Positions 13,081 through 25,018 of a stretch of DNA of 64,000 bases are shown here, piece after piece. Source of the DNA: Nymphaea colorata (taxonomy: Eukaryota). The first letter of the stretch is position 1; each line of letters begins with the position of its first letter. The notes under the pieces were generated by a model, which saw only the letters and a program-made list of their open reading frames with translations, was not told where the DNA came from and did no database searches. The position numbers were made by a program, and so were the translations under genes. The stretch lies in the NCBI RefSeq assembly GCF_008831285.2, contig NC_045138.2, positions 17,236,001 to 17,300,000 of the forward strand, given 5' to 3'.

Positions 13081-14621
13081 ATAGAAGAATGAGTTAAACT
13101 TCATGGTAATTAAGCCTGAAGTTGCACCCAAGTGATGACTTCCAGACCTCCTAGTACCTGTTGCAGTTAGAGTCAATGTGGTTCATCTCTAATAGTGTGA
13201 AGTAATTCAAGTATCTGGGTAGGCCTAGTGATAACTTAAAAATGAAGGGTTTGTTTTGTTCCATAAAAGAGTTTGTTTTGTTCCATAAAAGAGTCATCGT
13301 CCGCCCTCAACAGGTTTTCTTCTGCACTTCTTCCCGATTAACCTATGTAAAAGGTCTCTAATGCAAAAAATCTGATTAAACTCCCATGGTCTTGTCATAT
13401 AAAAAGCCAGTGATGCCTTGTTCTAATCCACGTTAAGCATAGGATTTCTGTTCAGATACCCCATGGGATATTCAGCTTTTTTAATGTCTTCAAATTTTCT
13501 CAAAGGGCCTAAACCCAGTGTGATTCCACAAATACTGAGAAGAACAATGCTGGTGGAGCTTCCAACCAGTTGCTTTTCAAGCTTCTGCAGTGAAGACCAG
13601 ACTAGCATCTTCATGCTGCCAGTTTGAGAACTTACAATTGGACCAAGCAATAACCTAAGCTTTTTCCATTTTCTGGCTTATTTTCATTGTAAAATTTATG
13701 TTTCAGAAGAATTCTCCTTTTCTGGGAAAAAAAATCATCCTGTGAATGCGAGCATGCATGTGTGTGTGTGCATGGGTATATGTATGACCTCTGGTTTGTA
13801 ATTTTCCAACTTCTATTTCTGTGCCAAAATGCCAGCCTGGGCGCGTTCATGATGGCCTGTTGATAACTGACGCGAAAGCTGCTAATATGTCTCTCCGAAG
13901 TTCAACATTATTAACGGTTTGGTGTAAACAAATTGAGGAAGTAGGAACTAATAAAAAGGTTATAAAAAATTTCAATTAACAGGTGGGCAAATGTTACTGT
14001 ATACAATGATCTATTCACCTGCATTTTACATCTATCAAAATATTAAGAAATAGTCAGTTTTTATGTGTTAAGCTTATGCAAGAAACGTATCTTGATGAAT
14101 GAGGCCTAAGGTACCCACTCGTAACCCATGTGGTTGACAGCACCGACACACAAAGGGCATAGGTGAGTCCTATGCTCAAATTCTGTGAAGTTAAATTTGA
14201 AATGACAACACTATTAAAAGCAAGTTTATCAGTGAGGTTGAAGAAAATATAAGAAGCGCATGCAGGAACCTTCAAGGCATGCGTCAAAATGATGTATTGC
14301 ACAGAAGTAGCGTTTGAGAATTATTTGCGCCTAACTTCACTGTTTCGCATTATGTATACCTTAAGTGAATCATATTACATATGGTTGTATATGTGCATGT
14401 CAGCATGCTTTTCCATCATTTGAGTTCCTGGAACATCATGTCAATGTTTCATGAAAACATGCTCATGTAGGCCATATGAAAATTAACTGAGCTGTGTAGG
14501 CGAGGATTTGATTAAAGACATGCCATGGTTTTTTTTTTCATAACAAGCTGCATGAAAAACTTGCTCAATTTCTGTTGCTTCTGCAGGATCGGTCTGACAT
14601 TTTGGAATGAGTTGGCTTATG
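13081..14621 (+). pseudogene. Decayed copy of OSB intron 1 and start of exon 2, with ~850 bp (~13157-14008) not present in the intact gene
   Basis: 13081-13156 aligns to 25964-26035; 14009-14621 aligns to 26034-26676, including TTGCTTCTGCAG|GATCGGTCTGACATTTTGGAATGAGTTGGCTTATG. Confidence 0.88.
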
Positions 14622-15168
14622 CGGTTGGAGATTTTGGAGTAATGATGTAGACACCAGAATTAGCGTATCATATGCCTGCTCGTGTCACATGAACCATAAG
14701 ACGAAAATCATGCGTTCCTTCCACCCACGGAGCAACTTTTCAGAAATGGATCAACTGTAGTTAATCAGAAATTATGTCTACCGAAAACAAACTGCTCCTG
14801 CAAGCAGGCAATGCATTTGGCCATACTGAAGGATATTTGCTACATTATCTGCATCTTAATCATGAGAAATTATCAAAACTTTTGACTCATCTCTCTGGAG
14901 AGACTGCATTTTTGAGTCAAAGACAGCCAGCTGTGACTCAACCCATGAAGTCTTAAATTGTTTTCCAGAAGTTCAGCATATCATACAAAGGCGGTTCTTC
15001 GGATGGAATATCATTCAATGCTTTAATAGGCGATTCAGTAAGAGGGAGAGGTTGCTCCGTGGGAGGAAGGAACACATGATTTTCGTCTTATGGTTCATGT
15101 GACAGGAGCAGGCATATGATACACTAATTCTGGTGTCTACCATCATTACTCCAAAAACTCCAACCGCA
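14620..15168. repeat. Inverted repeat: arms 14620-14736 and 15051-15168, 314-nt spacer
   Basis: Arms are reverse complements with 5 mismatches and 1 indel over ~118 nt (manual count). Confidence 0.92.
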
Positions 15169-15364
15169 CCTGAATAGAAATATGTTTCTGCACATTGATC
15201 TAGGGACTGCCTCCTACCTAATCCACTAAGATCCTGCATATTAGCATGGCTCCAGTATAATCAATCCTTCATATATTTGGATCACTGATGTTCATATACA
15301 TAATAGTACCGCGGAAAAATTGTATTCCACATACAAAGCTTTAGAATTGAAGAACGTACTATTT
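14950..15364 (+). repeat. Duplicated copy of the OSB downstream flank (27830-28180)
   Basis: TTTCCAGAAGTTCAGC..CGGTTCTTCGGATGGAATA..CTCCGTGGGAGGAAGGAACACATGATTTT..AAAAATTGTATTCCAC..GCTTTAGAATTGAAGAACG shared collinearly with 27830-28180. Confidence 0.9.
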
Positions 15365-15760
15365 GATTTAACTTGTTTCATCTAATGACTTCACCTTTCA
15401 CGAGATATTTTTTCTGCGGACAATTCTGACCCGGTCCATGGTCTGATAAGAGACCACAACAACGTCTAGACAAAAGACGCATTCAAATTATAGATTCATC
15501 ACTTCAGAACACCATGCTAAATTCGTCCCACAAACAAGTGGGAGGTTGGACAGTCAAGCTTCACCATTTTAATCTCACACACCTGAACTTCCTTGCAAAT
15601 GATAATCCAATGTGTATAGTCCGCAAATGGAATTTATTTAGAAGATTGTGTGTGATTTCTCCGCTGTGCTTTCTGCTGGTTTTCCAAACCTATCTTGGCT
15701 TGCTGTATCTGTTGCCAGTCACATTAGTTCCTGATTTCGAACATGATTCATTTGCGCCAC

Positions 15761-17944
15761 TCACCAATAATCATTGCAAGAACATGATCCATCTTTGAAA
15801 TGATGAAACCTAGTTCTGTCGCGAACAATAATTTCTCTTCCAAAGATCTTCGATACTAACTTTGACACTTGGTGACAGTCGCTGCAAACTCTGAGGTTCT
15901 TCACCATACGGATAGTCTGTCCTGCATTTGAGTGGATGAGCCCGAAAGCGATTGCCAACTTCTCGCTGTGTCGAGCAAGTGCATTTTCTTTCTCTTCTTC
16001 GTCCAAATCAAGAAGCACTTTAGATGTATTTGGCTTATAACCCACCCTTTCTAACCTCCTACTCATCTCATCTAACATAAGGTAGATTTCTTTGGTTTGT
16101 GGATGTGTCTTATCTCCAACTATGAACTCATGAACGAGGCCACCCATTTCTATGAACGTACAACCAGGAGGTTTCTTCACTCCTGAATTTTTCATCATCT
16201 TCCTCACCCTGACTGCATCTTCCCATCGACCAGCAGAGCAATACATGTTTGATTGCAGAACATATACACCACTGTTTGATGGGTCTAGTTCAATCAGTCG
16301 TTCGCCGACATCCACAGCCAGCTCCACGTTGCCATGAACCTGGCAGCCACCCAGTAGAGCTCCCCAGACGAACCTGTCTGGCTCCAACGGCATTCCTTCT
16401 ATGAATTCTTTTGCTTCTTGGAGCAACCCAGCACGGCCCAGGAGATCAACCATGCAAGCGTAGTGCTCCATATCAGGTACAAGACCATACTGACTCCTCA
16501 TTGCTCTAAAAAGCCTACGCCCTTCGTCAACTAAGCCTGCATGACTACACGCACATAAAACCCCTACAAATGTCACTCTGTTGGGCTTCACCCCTGCGAG
16601 TTGCATTGCAGAAAACTTCTCCAGAGCATCGTTTGCATGCCCATGCATGGCTAACCCAGTGATCATGGCAGTCCAGACCGATACATCCCGCTTTGAAGTT
16701 GATTCAAATACCTTTTTTGCATTGTCAATGCTGCCACATTTCGAGTACATGTCAATAAGTGCAGTCACCACAAACTCATCGATGGGGATCTTTTTCCTCT
16801 CCAGGTAAACATGTGCCCACATCCCCTGCAGCAATGCACCCAAATCAGCACATGCAGACAGCACACTGAGCATGGTGATCTCGTTAGGTTTCACCTTAGA
16901 GATCAACATATCTTCAAATAGGCTCAATGTTTCCTTGCTCATCCGACTTTGAGCATATCCAGCCAACATTGAATTCCAAGTTACCAAATTTCTTTGAGGC
17001 ATTTCATCGAAGACTTTCCTTGAGATTGTCAAGCAGCCACACTTTGCATACATATCAACCAAAGCAGTTTGTAGGACCACTCCAAGCTTCAGTCGTCTCT
17101 CTATTATCCATGAATGGAGCCGCTGTCCTGTTTCCAAATTCCCTGCTTGGGCACAGGCAGTAAGTGCAGTCACCATGGTCACTTCATCTGGCTCCACACC
17201 GGCATCCACCATCCGCTCGAACATAACAAGCGCCTGAGTGTAATCTTGAGATTGCACATAGCAATTGATCATGGTGTTCCAGCACACCAAGTCTCGCTGA
17301 GGCGTTTCATCAAATACTTTTTTCGCGGCCGCGTGATCGCCACAACTCGAATACATATGAATTAACGCATTCTGGATAAAACCATCTCCGCCAAGCCCGG
17401 CGGCGATCGCCCGGCCGTGAGTTTCCCGACCCCGAGGGAGCGATCCCAGTCGGGCACACGCCTTGATCAGAAACGTGAAAGTGTGGTGGTCGAATCCAGC
17501 TCCCGACTCCTGCGTTTCTCGGAAGAAGTCAAGAGCAAGCTCAGGGGTGGCGCTGCTGGCGTAGCCCCGGATGATGGTGTTGGTGATGAAGGTGTTGGGA
17601 TTCTGAATCTGAGAGAAGACGAGGCGGGCGTACTCAATGCTGCCGTGTGGCGAAATTGCGCAGAAAGCCACCACGCGACTGATGGGGAAGGTAAGTGAGG
17701 ACAGATGGTGCCTGATCATGTTGCCATGGATCACTTTGAGTGTCCCCATGTCCCTGCATCTCTCTAGAAGGAGGAGACATGGATGATGGGAGATGGAGAT
17801 GGCTGACGTTCCCCATTTAGGTGCGAGTTCCGGTGGTGGTAGTGGTGGCGGTGGTAGTGGGAGCTTACAGTGGAGCAGCATGGGTGTCAAGGAGAGCGAT
17901 AGATTGTCAGATTTGATGGTTTTGCAGAAACCAAGATTTGGCAT
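15761..17944 (-). CDS. PLS-class pentatricopeptide repeat protein with E and DYW domains (candidate organellar C-to-U RNA-editing factor), intronless
   Basis: 727-aa ORF with PPR repeats (WNTMI, ALVDMYAKCG, HYACMVDLLGRAG), PG box (KPPGCTFIE), intact HSEKLA and CSDCH zinc ligands, C-terminal DYW. The start could be a downstream Met. Confidence 0.96.
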   Translation of the reverse strand: MPNLGFCKTIKSDNLSLSLTPMLLHCKLPLPPPPLPPPELAPKWGTSAISISHHPCLLLLERCRDMGTLKVIHGNMIRHHLSSLTFPISRVVAFCAISPHGSIEYARLVFSQIQNPNTFITNTIIRGYASSATPELALDFFRETQESGAGFDHHTFTFLIKACARLGSLPRGRETHGRAIAAGLGGDGFIQNALIHMYSSCGDHAAAKKVFDETPQRDLVCWNTMINCYVQSQDYTQALVMFERMVDAGVEPDEVTMVTALTACAQAGNLETGQRLHSWIIERRLKLGVVLQTALVDMYAKCGCLTISRKVFDEMPQRNLVTWNSMLAGYAQSRMSKETLSLFEDMLISKVKPNEITMLSVLSACADLGALLQGMWAHVYLERKKIPIDEFVVTALIDMYSKCGSIDNAKKVFESTSKRDVSVWTAMITGLAMHGHANDALEKFSAMQLAGVKPNRVTFVGVLCACSHAGLVDEGRRLFRAMRSQYGLVPDMEHYACMVDLLGRAGLLQEAKEFIEGMPLEPDRFVWGALLGGCQVHGNVELAVDVGERLIELDPSNSGVYVLQSNMYCSAGRWEDAVRVRKMMKNSGVKKPPGCTFIEMGGLVHEFIVGDKTHPQTKEIYLMLDEMSRRLERVGYKPNTSKVLLDLDEEEKENALARHSEKLAIAFGLIHSNAGQTIRMVKNLRVCSDCHQVSKLVSKIFGREIIVRDRTRFHHFKDGSCSCNDYW

Positions 17945-18302
17945 TGAAGAGATCTGACGATCAAAATCATCGTCACCACTGTCATGTAGACTTTCATGAA
18001 TTTGATCTTATCGGATACCAGATTTAGGCAAGAATAAACGGCGCGAGTGACAGTACAACAGAGTGCAACTTGCAGAGGAGGGATGCAGGATCGTCACTAA
18101 AGAGGGCCTTAGTTCAAATCCTGACGACTGTTGCATCCTGCTCGAGTATATACTGACCAGAAAAGATCTGGTATTTGATGACATCGAAATCCAGATATTT
18201 ACTTTACGATTTCAACGTTTTGATTGTTGTCTTTTTTCGAACACTAGATGCTTCAGATTTAACGTGGCTAGGTGCTGAAGAAATAGTTCAGGCCTCTGAT
18301 TC

Positions 18303-18700
18303 TACCATTTTCGACTCTAATTTTCATCAAGAATGCTTCAACCAAAATTGCCCAAAAAAGGATTCTCCATGATCCCCTTTGGTATTGGTACAAATCATTG
18401 AAACTCAAATCGGATGTAGATTTCTCGTAGCCGCAACGATAGATGGTCGTAAGCTTTTTAAGATGAAACGGCATGCTTTTTTCCTGGAAAAGCAACAACT
18501 GTAAAACCCGGACTATACCAAATAATCTCTCTCTCTTTCTCATACGTATTTTGTAGACGAATCCGGGAAATCAAAATTCTCGCAATATGTTCAAACTTCA
18601 AAGCATTGGTTTCTGTCAAGAACTGAAAAAAGTCCCTATGAATGTGGAAACAAATTTGTCGAGCAACGCTTATGGGTTCGTCAGTTTTCTCAGTAAATGT
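18303..18700 (+). repeat. Duplicated segment homologous to 28173-28520
   Basis: CAAGAATGCTTCAACCAAAATTGCC, CGCAACGATAGATGGTCGTA, AACTGTAAAA, GGGAAATCAAAATT shared collinearly; the last ~100 bp align only weakly. Confidence 0.85.
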
Positions 18701-19294
18701 CTGCCTGCCTATTCCTAAAACTTCATTAAACTAATCTTCTTTGCAACACACATATTAACTACTTTTCAATACATTATTAATTCCCTGACAGCTAAACCAT
18801 GAAAAATTTCATTCAGAACCTGCTTTCCAACATACGACAGTTTCTCACAAATTTTAACTTTTTTCTTTTTGCCCTCGTCATCTTTTTCATATTTTTAACT
18901 TCAGGCATCTTTCTCAATATTTATATAAAACCACCTTCCACAGATTTAGTTCAATTTTCTGCTCACTATCTTCGATTGCACTTCATTTAGGCACTTAATC
19001 TTTTTCTCATGATTTAGTCAATATATCGCTTAGAGCTCTCTTTCCTTCAGCATTTCCTTGGTCACAGGACTTTCAATAAGGTGAATAGATAGCAGCAAGA
19101 CTGTCAACGTTTACAGTGACAACAATGCTAATAACGTTAACGACGTATGTGTCATGTCTTGGTAATGTCCTTATTCTTGAAATTATTCTTCAAAGCAGTG
19201 CTTGCTCAATTAACATAATCCGTTTGTGAGCACTCGCTCGCTAGAGTGCAATAATTTTAGTCGCGAGAGAGAGGGAGAAAGGGCGGCGAGCGCC

Positions 19295-21973
19295 ATGGCT
19301 GCGTCCCTTTCTTGTCCCGGCAGAGCTTGGATCCAAGGTGGTTCTACGCTATCGTGGAACCCTAGAAAATCCACACTTGTATCTCCGTTCTTCGTGAAAT
19401 CTCCGAGGAACTTCACGGTCGTGAGGATGGCCGTCTCCGTCGAGAAGAGTAACCAATCTCCCCTCGAGAGATACGAAGCTCACTTGGATGATGCCAAGGT
19501 ATACACGCCCTCTTCTTTCCTTATTTCCATTTGAGATGAACGTTGGATCCCCATCGTTTAGTTCCTCGCAAGCCTCTGGCGTTCATCAGCTCTTCTCAGG
19601 GAGAACAAAGAAGGTGACCTAATTTGGCGTGGTCATAAGAATAGGGAGAATCTCTAATCTCGAACTCGTGAGGTTGCTAAGCCATTCATCTCCAATCAAA
19701 TTGATGGATTTTTAGTCTTCAGTCCAAGCATTTTAGTCTTCAATCAAGTCCTGAATGATGTTTAGGCTTAAAGATTCTTGGGCGCCAATAATCTTTAGTC
19801 TAGTGCTTACCCAAAAAAATTATATTAAATTTTGTGATCAATCGTGATTACTGTAGGTGAATTTATTGTTGGATAGAATTAAATGGGATGACAAAGGCTT
19901 GGTGGTGGCAATTGCCCAAAATGTAGACACTGGAGCCATTCTGATGCAAGGTTTTGCAAACAGGGAGGCTGTGGCTACAACCCTCAGATCATGCAAAGCA
20001 ACTTTTTACAGCCGATCCAGGCAGTCTCTATGGACTAAAGGAGAAACCTCCATGAATTTTATCAATGTCCATGATGTCTTTCTTGATTGTGATCGGGATT
20101 CGGTGAGTGTTTTACGCTTCTTCTCTAAGGAAACTCATATTCGTCTATGGTATGAAGCTGCCAGATAGAAGGTTGAGTTCGTTTACTCTTTCTGCAGATA
20201 ATCTATTTTGGGAAGCCTGATGGACCAACTTGTCACACAGGTGCAGAAACCTGCTATTACACATCAGTTGCTGACGTGCTAAAACTTCCTCAGGTTTTTT
20301 ATCTTAGCCTTTTACTGAGCTTCTTTTGTTAGATTGAGATTCATGCGTTCTTAGATTGAATATACTGCTCTATGAAACGTTACTTTTCATCTTTCTACAG
20401 GTTGAGGAAAACAGGCTGGCGTTAACGACTTTGTACTCTCTTGAATCCACTATAGCTCAACGTAAAGCTGAAATTGTAGAGGCACAAAATGCCAAGCCTT
20501 CATGGACGAAGAAGCTATTGCTTGATGAAAAGCTACTGTGCTCTAAGATCAGGTATATATGTCTTCTTGTGCATAACGTTGGTGATTAAATTTCATTCCC
20601 TTCAAAATGAGAACATATGCATTTGGTTTGGGTTTAATATATTTTATCCATTTTGTCAATAATTTCCTTTCTTCCTTAGGGATTCGTTTTATGGATTTAT
20701 TTGTTATGACTTGTGACTGTTACCACTTTCAGTTTGGTAGCTGAGCATTTTTTTGGTGTACTTGAGCCAAGTTCACATTATTAAATATTAACTAGATACT
20801 TTACGGATTTTTCAAAATGCCTGACCATGGTATATGGTAAAGTGTGACGGTGAAATCATATAGTCAAACTCTGTTGATGATTTTGCCAGGGCACCTCCTT
20901 CAAATGTAATACCAGAGACTTAGATGCATGTTTGAGGAAAATGAGAAAAATGAAGCAGTAATGGAACTATGTTAGTATGATTAGATAGCTGAGACAATGA
21001 ATGAACGAACAAAAAGAAAAATGAAGAACGTAAGAGGTGAAGACTTAGCAGAAGAAAAATATTGTCGTGTAATTGATTAAAAATATTATAATTAGATATG
21101 CTTAAACTGCTAAAGTAACTTATCTTGAAAAACATCTAAAAGAAACAACCAAACAGAAGAAATCATAGCATTACACAAACACACACATGCACACCAAGGA
21201 CGAAACTGTACACTAATCTTGGATATTAACGACTCTTTAATGGAAAAAAAAGGAAGAAAACGAGATTTTCTAGCACATTGCTGGTATCATATAGTATATT
21301 CTTGTTGAGCTGTTCATTTTGAGGTCTGATTCATCTTTGTTGTTCGAATTTCTAGCATTTGAGGCTAATAGATTTGGCCATTAGGATTCCTGTGAAATGT
21401 TGTTTATTTACGTGGAGAAGATTTCCACGATCTAACATAAAATTTGCAGCAGATGATTGAACTAGGTCCTCTACTTCCGGCTTCAGCTGTGGATAGGAAT
21501 TGTGTGTGCAGAACCAGAGTACTTTGTTTACTCAATTCCTTTAAATCTTCATACCTCACAGATTATTAAGGTGGTTCAGGGAGTAGCTTATGCATCAGTA
21601 ATTACGTATATGGTTCAAAATGCTCTTGTAGAATACAACCATTGCAATCTCTAGTTAACAGAAAAGTACTCATTTGAGGGTTTTATTTCCTTCTGTCGAT
21701 GGTTAAAGGTTACCTTCTTGTTACTAAATTGTATTTCAGTTCTGATCATGGGATGTAGCTTTCTCCAGGGAAGAGGCCGGCGAGTTGTGCCAAACATTGG
21801 AAAATGCTGAAGAAAGTAAACGGACAGCATCGGAAATGGCAGATGTACTGTATCACTCAATGGTCCTGCTTGCAAATAAGGGCGTAAAGATGGAGGAAGT
21901 TCTTGCAGTCCTCAGAGAGAGATTCTCTCAGTCAGGTATTGAGGAAAAGAGCAGTAGAAAACCAAAGCACTGA
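19295..21973 (+). CDS. HISN2: Histidine biosynthesis bifunctional protein HisIE (PRA-CH/PRA-PH), plastid-targeted
   Basis: Exons 19295-19498, 19857-20102, 20198-20293, 20401-20552, 21769-21973 splice in frame (300 aa). Motifs AIAQNVDTGAILMQGFAN, SRSRQSLWTKGETS, LDCDRDS, GPTCHTG, KIREEAGE, SEMADVLYH; transit-peptide-like N-terminus. Confidence 0.96.
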
Positions 21974-22262
21974 GAACCCGGCTATAGACTAAAGTTATTG
22001 GTTTCACTCTGACCCTATGTTGTGCCTTCTTCTTCTTCTTCTTCTAGTGAAAGGCTACAACCATGATGTATGTCTTATTTTGGACTTTGAAGTAATGCTA
22101 TCAATGAAGCTTCTAAAACTTCGAACTCTGTGATGCAAACTTTCTGGGAAGTGATGTCTTCAGTTCGAATGTGCATGTATGCTATACGGTTGTATATTTT
22201 CTGCAAAAATACGTCTGAACTTTGAACAGGCAGCAACCGAGCCTACTGGAGTTATGGTTATG

Positions 22263-22337
22263 TATTTGAGCATGCATCTTTACAGCATATTTGAGCATGC
22301 ATCTTTACAGCATATTTGAGCATGCATCTTTACAGCA
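22263..22337. repeat. Tandem repeat, 3 x 25 bp (TATTTGAGCATGCATCTTTACAGCA)
   Basis: Three consecutive identical units read directly, ~290 bp after the HISN2 stop. Confidence 0.9.
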
Positions 22338-22585
22338 CCTGGTTTTTTCCTTTGTGTGTGTGTGTGATTTGATCTAACCATGAGATTCACTTCAACATGC
22401 GGTATGTCATTTAGGTGCCTATGGTTAGTTTTCACTTTGCTTGTTCTCAAACACTGTATATCTAAAGAAAATTTTGGTAAAGCATTCATCTTTTTACAAA
22501 AACTTGCGTTGCAAGGAGAAGTTGCTCAGATGGTGCTTCTGCAGAAAGATTCGTCCATAACAGCAATCATCAATGAGGTGAAAGT

Positions 22586-22669
22586 AAGCCTAATTATATC
22601 TATTGTTCATAAGAATAACTCCAAGAGAAGCCTAATTATATCTATTGTTCATAAGAGTAACTCCAAGAG
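22586..22669. repeat. Tandem duplication, 2 x 42 bp
   Basis: AAGCCTAATTATATCTATTGTTCATAAGA(A/G)TAACTCCAAGAG occurs twice. Confidence 0.9.
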
Positions 22670-25018
22670 AATCAAATTCTCTTGACACCAATTGGTGCCG
22701 TCTGAAGAACAGGAACGACACTTCATCAAGACAACTAACTAACAAAAAATCAGTATATGTGACGTGGCCTTGGCTTCAATAGTCATGGCAAGTCTCTTCC
22801 CGTATCCACTGAAAGAACATGCCAAATCAAACCACTTTCTGCACCTTTTATACCTGCCGAAACAGACACGTAGCTAAATTAATGTGTACATAACTAAATT
22901 AACTCCCACATGTAAGTCTTCATGTAACATGACAAATTCAGCATGAAAGCATATAGGATTACAACTAAAACCTATCTGCATATGCAGTAGGCACACACAC
23001 ACACACGCAAGAGGATCCAAAAAGGGCCATTTTCCTGTTGTCTGTGCTTATGAACCTATTAAGCATTTTAATGGTCCTGTTAGTGACAATCTGTCAAGAT
23101 ACTTCATTTAGGGGATCAGATTTTTATTACCTTATAAAAAAATGATAAAACTTTTCTGATGACCATCTTCTTTTCACAAAAATCGTAGAAAAAAATGGAC
23201 GGCTCCATTGATGCAGGGTACCTCTGTTTTGGTGAAGTATTTTTATACATCCGTGATCATAATATTCTTAGAACATCTATTCCAAGCATATACACTTTCA
23301 AGAAACATAACCGTGTTCTATCAAACACTGTCCCACATCTTCCAAAAATCATTCCTCACATTTAAAATCTGAAGAGAAGTTTAAAAAAGCCAATAAAGAA
23401 GGAAAAAAATCTCAAATCAATAATCAACTACACCCAATGAAGTGCTAGAAAGGCGGAGGAGGCTTGAACTTCAAATCATATCTTAACCAAATCTTTTATT
23501 GCATCAGCATGTTCCACTTTATTAACCATTTGGTATATTATAACATTTTTTACAGCCAAACATTGAAAATTAAATAGGTTGATGCAATATAAAATTTAGA
23601 TGAAATGGAATTTCTATACCATTTGGAGATCAAGCCTTCTCCCTACCACTTGATGTAGTTGATGACTGCTTTGTGAATCTTTTTTTTTTCGACTCTTTCC
23701 ATGTCTGTTGCTTTAGCCCACACACACGTGCGTGTGTGTGTGTCCGTGATTCTTCTCCTGCTTATTTCCCTCTCCCTTTGTGCAAGTTTTAAAATAGCTA
23801 GCGAGCACCCATGCAGACATCTTCACAAGTCCTGCCAATCTTAAAATTTCAGTCGCTTAAACTAATTAAGCTTGGTTGATTTGATTTTGAACCTTTATTT
23901 CAATACATGCATTCTGCTTCATGCATTTACCAGATTTTTAAAAATTAACTATTGAAAAAAAAAGTAAAAAATTTACGTCAGACTTCAATTATAGCTTTAG
24001 AGGACTTTGTTTATAGGTGTAGATTCTTTGCCTCCTCTTCCTCCGAATCATGTTCTTCACGAGGCATGCACCTCCCTGCTCAAAGATACTCATCACAAGA
24101 CCAGAACCCTGGTCTATTCAGCGCCTAATCCTGACCAGAAAGAATTTGGAAACACAAACCTGCCCTGATAAATATGAGCAAACAATGGTTAGAACTAAAC
24201 ATTTTCCATCCAAAAGCGAGTTCTTGTTAAATGTTTTCTTACCACAGGCAGTCAAATAAATTGTCTTTGAAACGTAAGGCGCTCCTGTTACATTACTATT
24301 AGTTATGCGTACTTTGGTAAATTTTGAAACAAGAAGACAATGCCAAAAGATCTAATATGTCCAAAGGACATTCCTGTTAGAAACCCGATGTTAACATCAA
24401 AACTTATAAGTAGTGGCTGACCAAGTAACCACACGATTACATTAAACCCACCGTTCTGCAGCAATAAGGGGTCAAATGCCGCTGCAGGGAGTACCAAAAC
24501 CTTATAGAACATGGCAAATTTGCTTAAATGGTAGTTCTAAAACCACTACTTTTTTTCAATAAGTTGTGAACATTTGCTTTCCTCCTTATACATATATTAA
24601 CTATATCGGAGTGAATAGCGTTTATGCATCATCCTTCTTATACCTACAAAAATCGAAATAGAGACACGGCAACTACACCCCTGCCCATAAAGCCTTCTTA
24701 TTCATACATCGCTTGTTTTTTTTTTTTCTTTACCTTGTTTTATTTACTGGTAAACTATGATCAAGCATGGACCGTTCTTCACACACTCATGTGTCCAAGA
24801 TTAGGTCCGAAACCTTTTACTTTTATCGTGTCTTCGGGTCAATGTCTACCCAATCACGGCAATCCCTCCACAGCCTCAAAACCTCCTTTCATACTTTCCC
24901 ATCTTAAACCCTTTGAGAGAGAGAGAGAGAGAGGGGGAGGGAGATATGGCCTAATCCTGTTGGTTCCATTGCTCTCTCGCCTCTCCATCTCCAAACCGAG
25001 CGACGGAGAGAGACGGAG

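Noticed and set aside
22263..22669. Possible CRISPR-like array
   Set aside because: Head-to-tail repeats without unique spacers, eukaryotic context, no cas genes.
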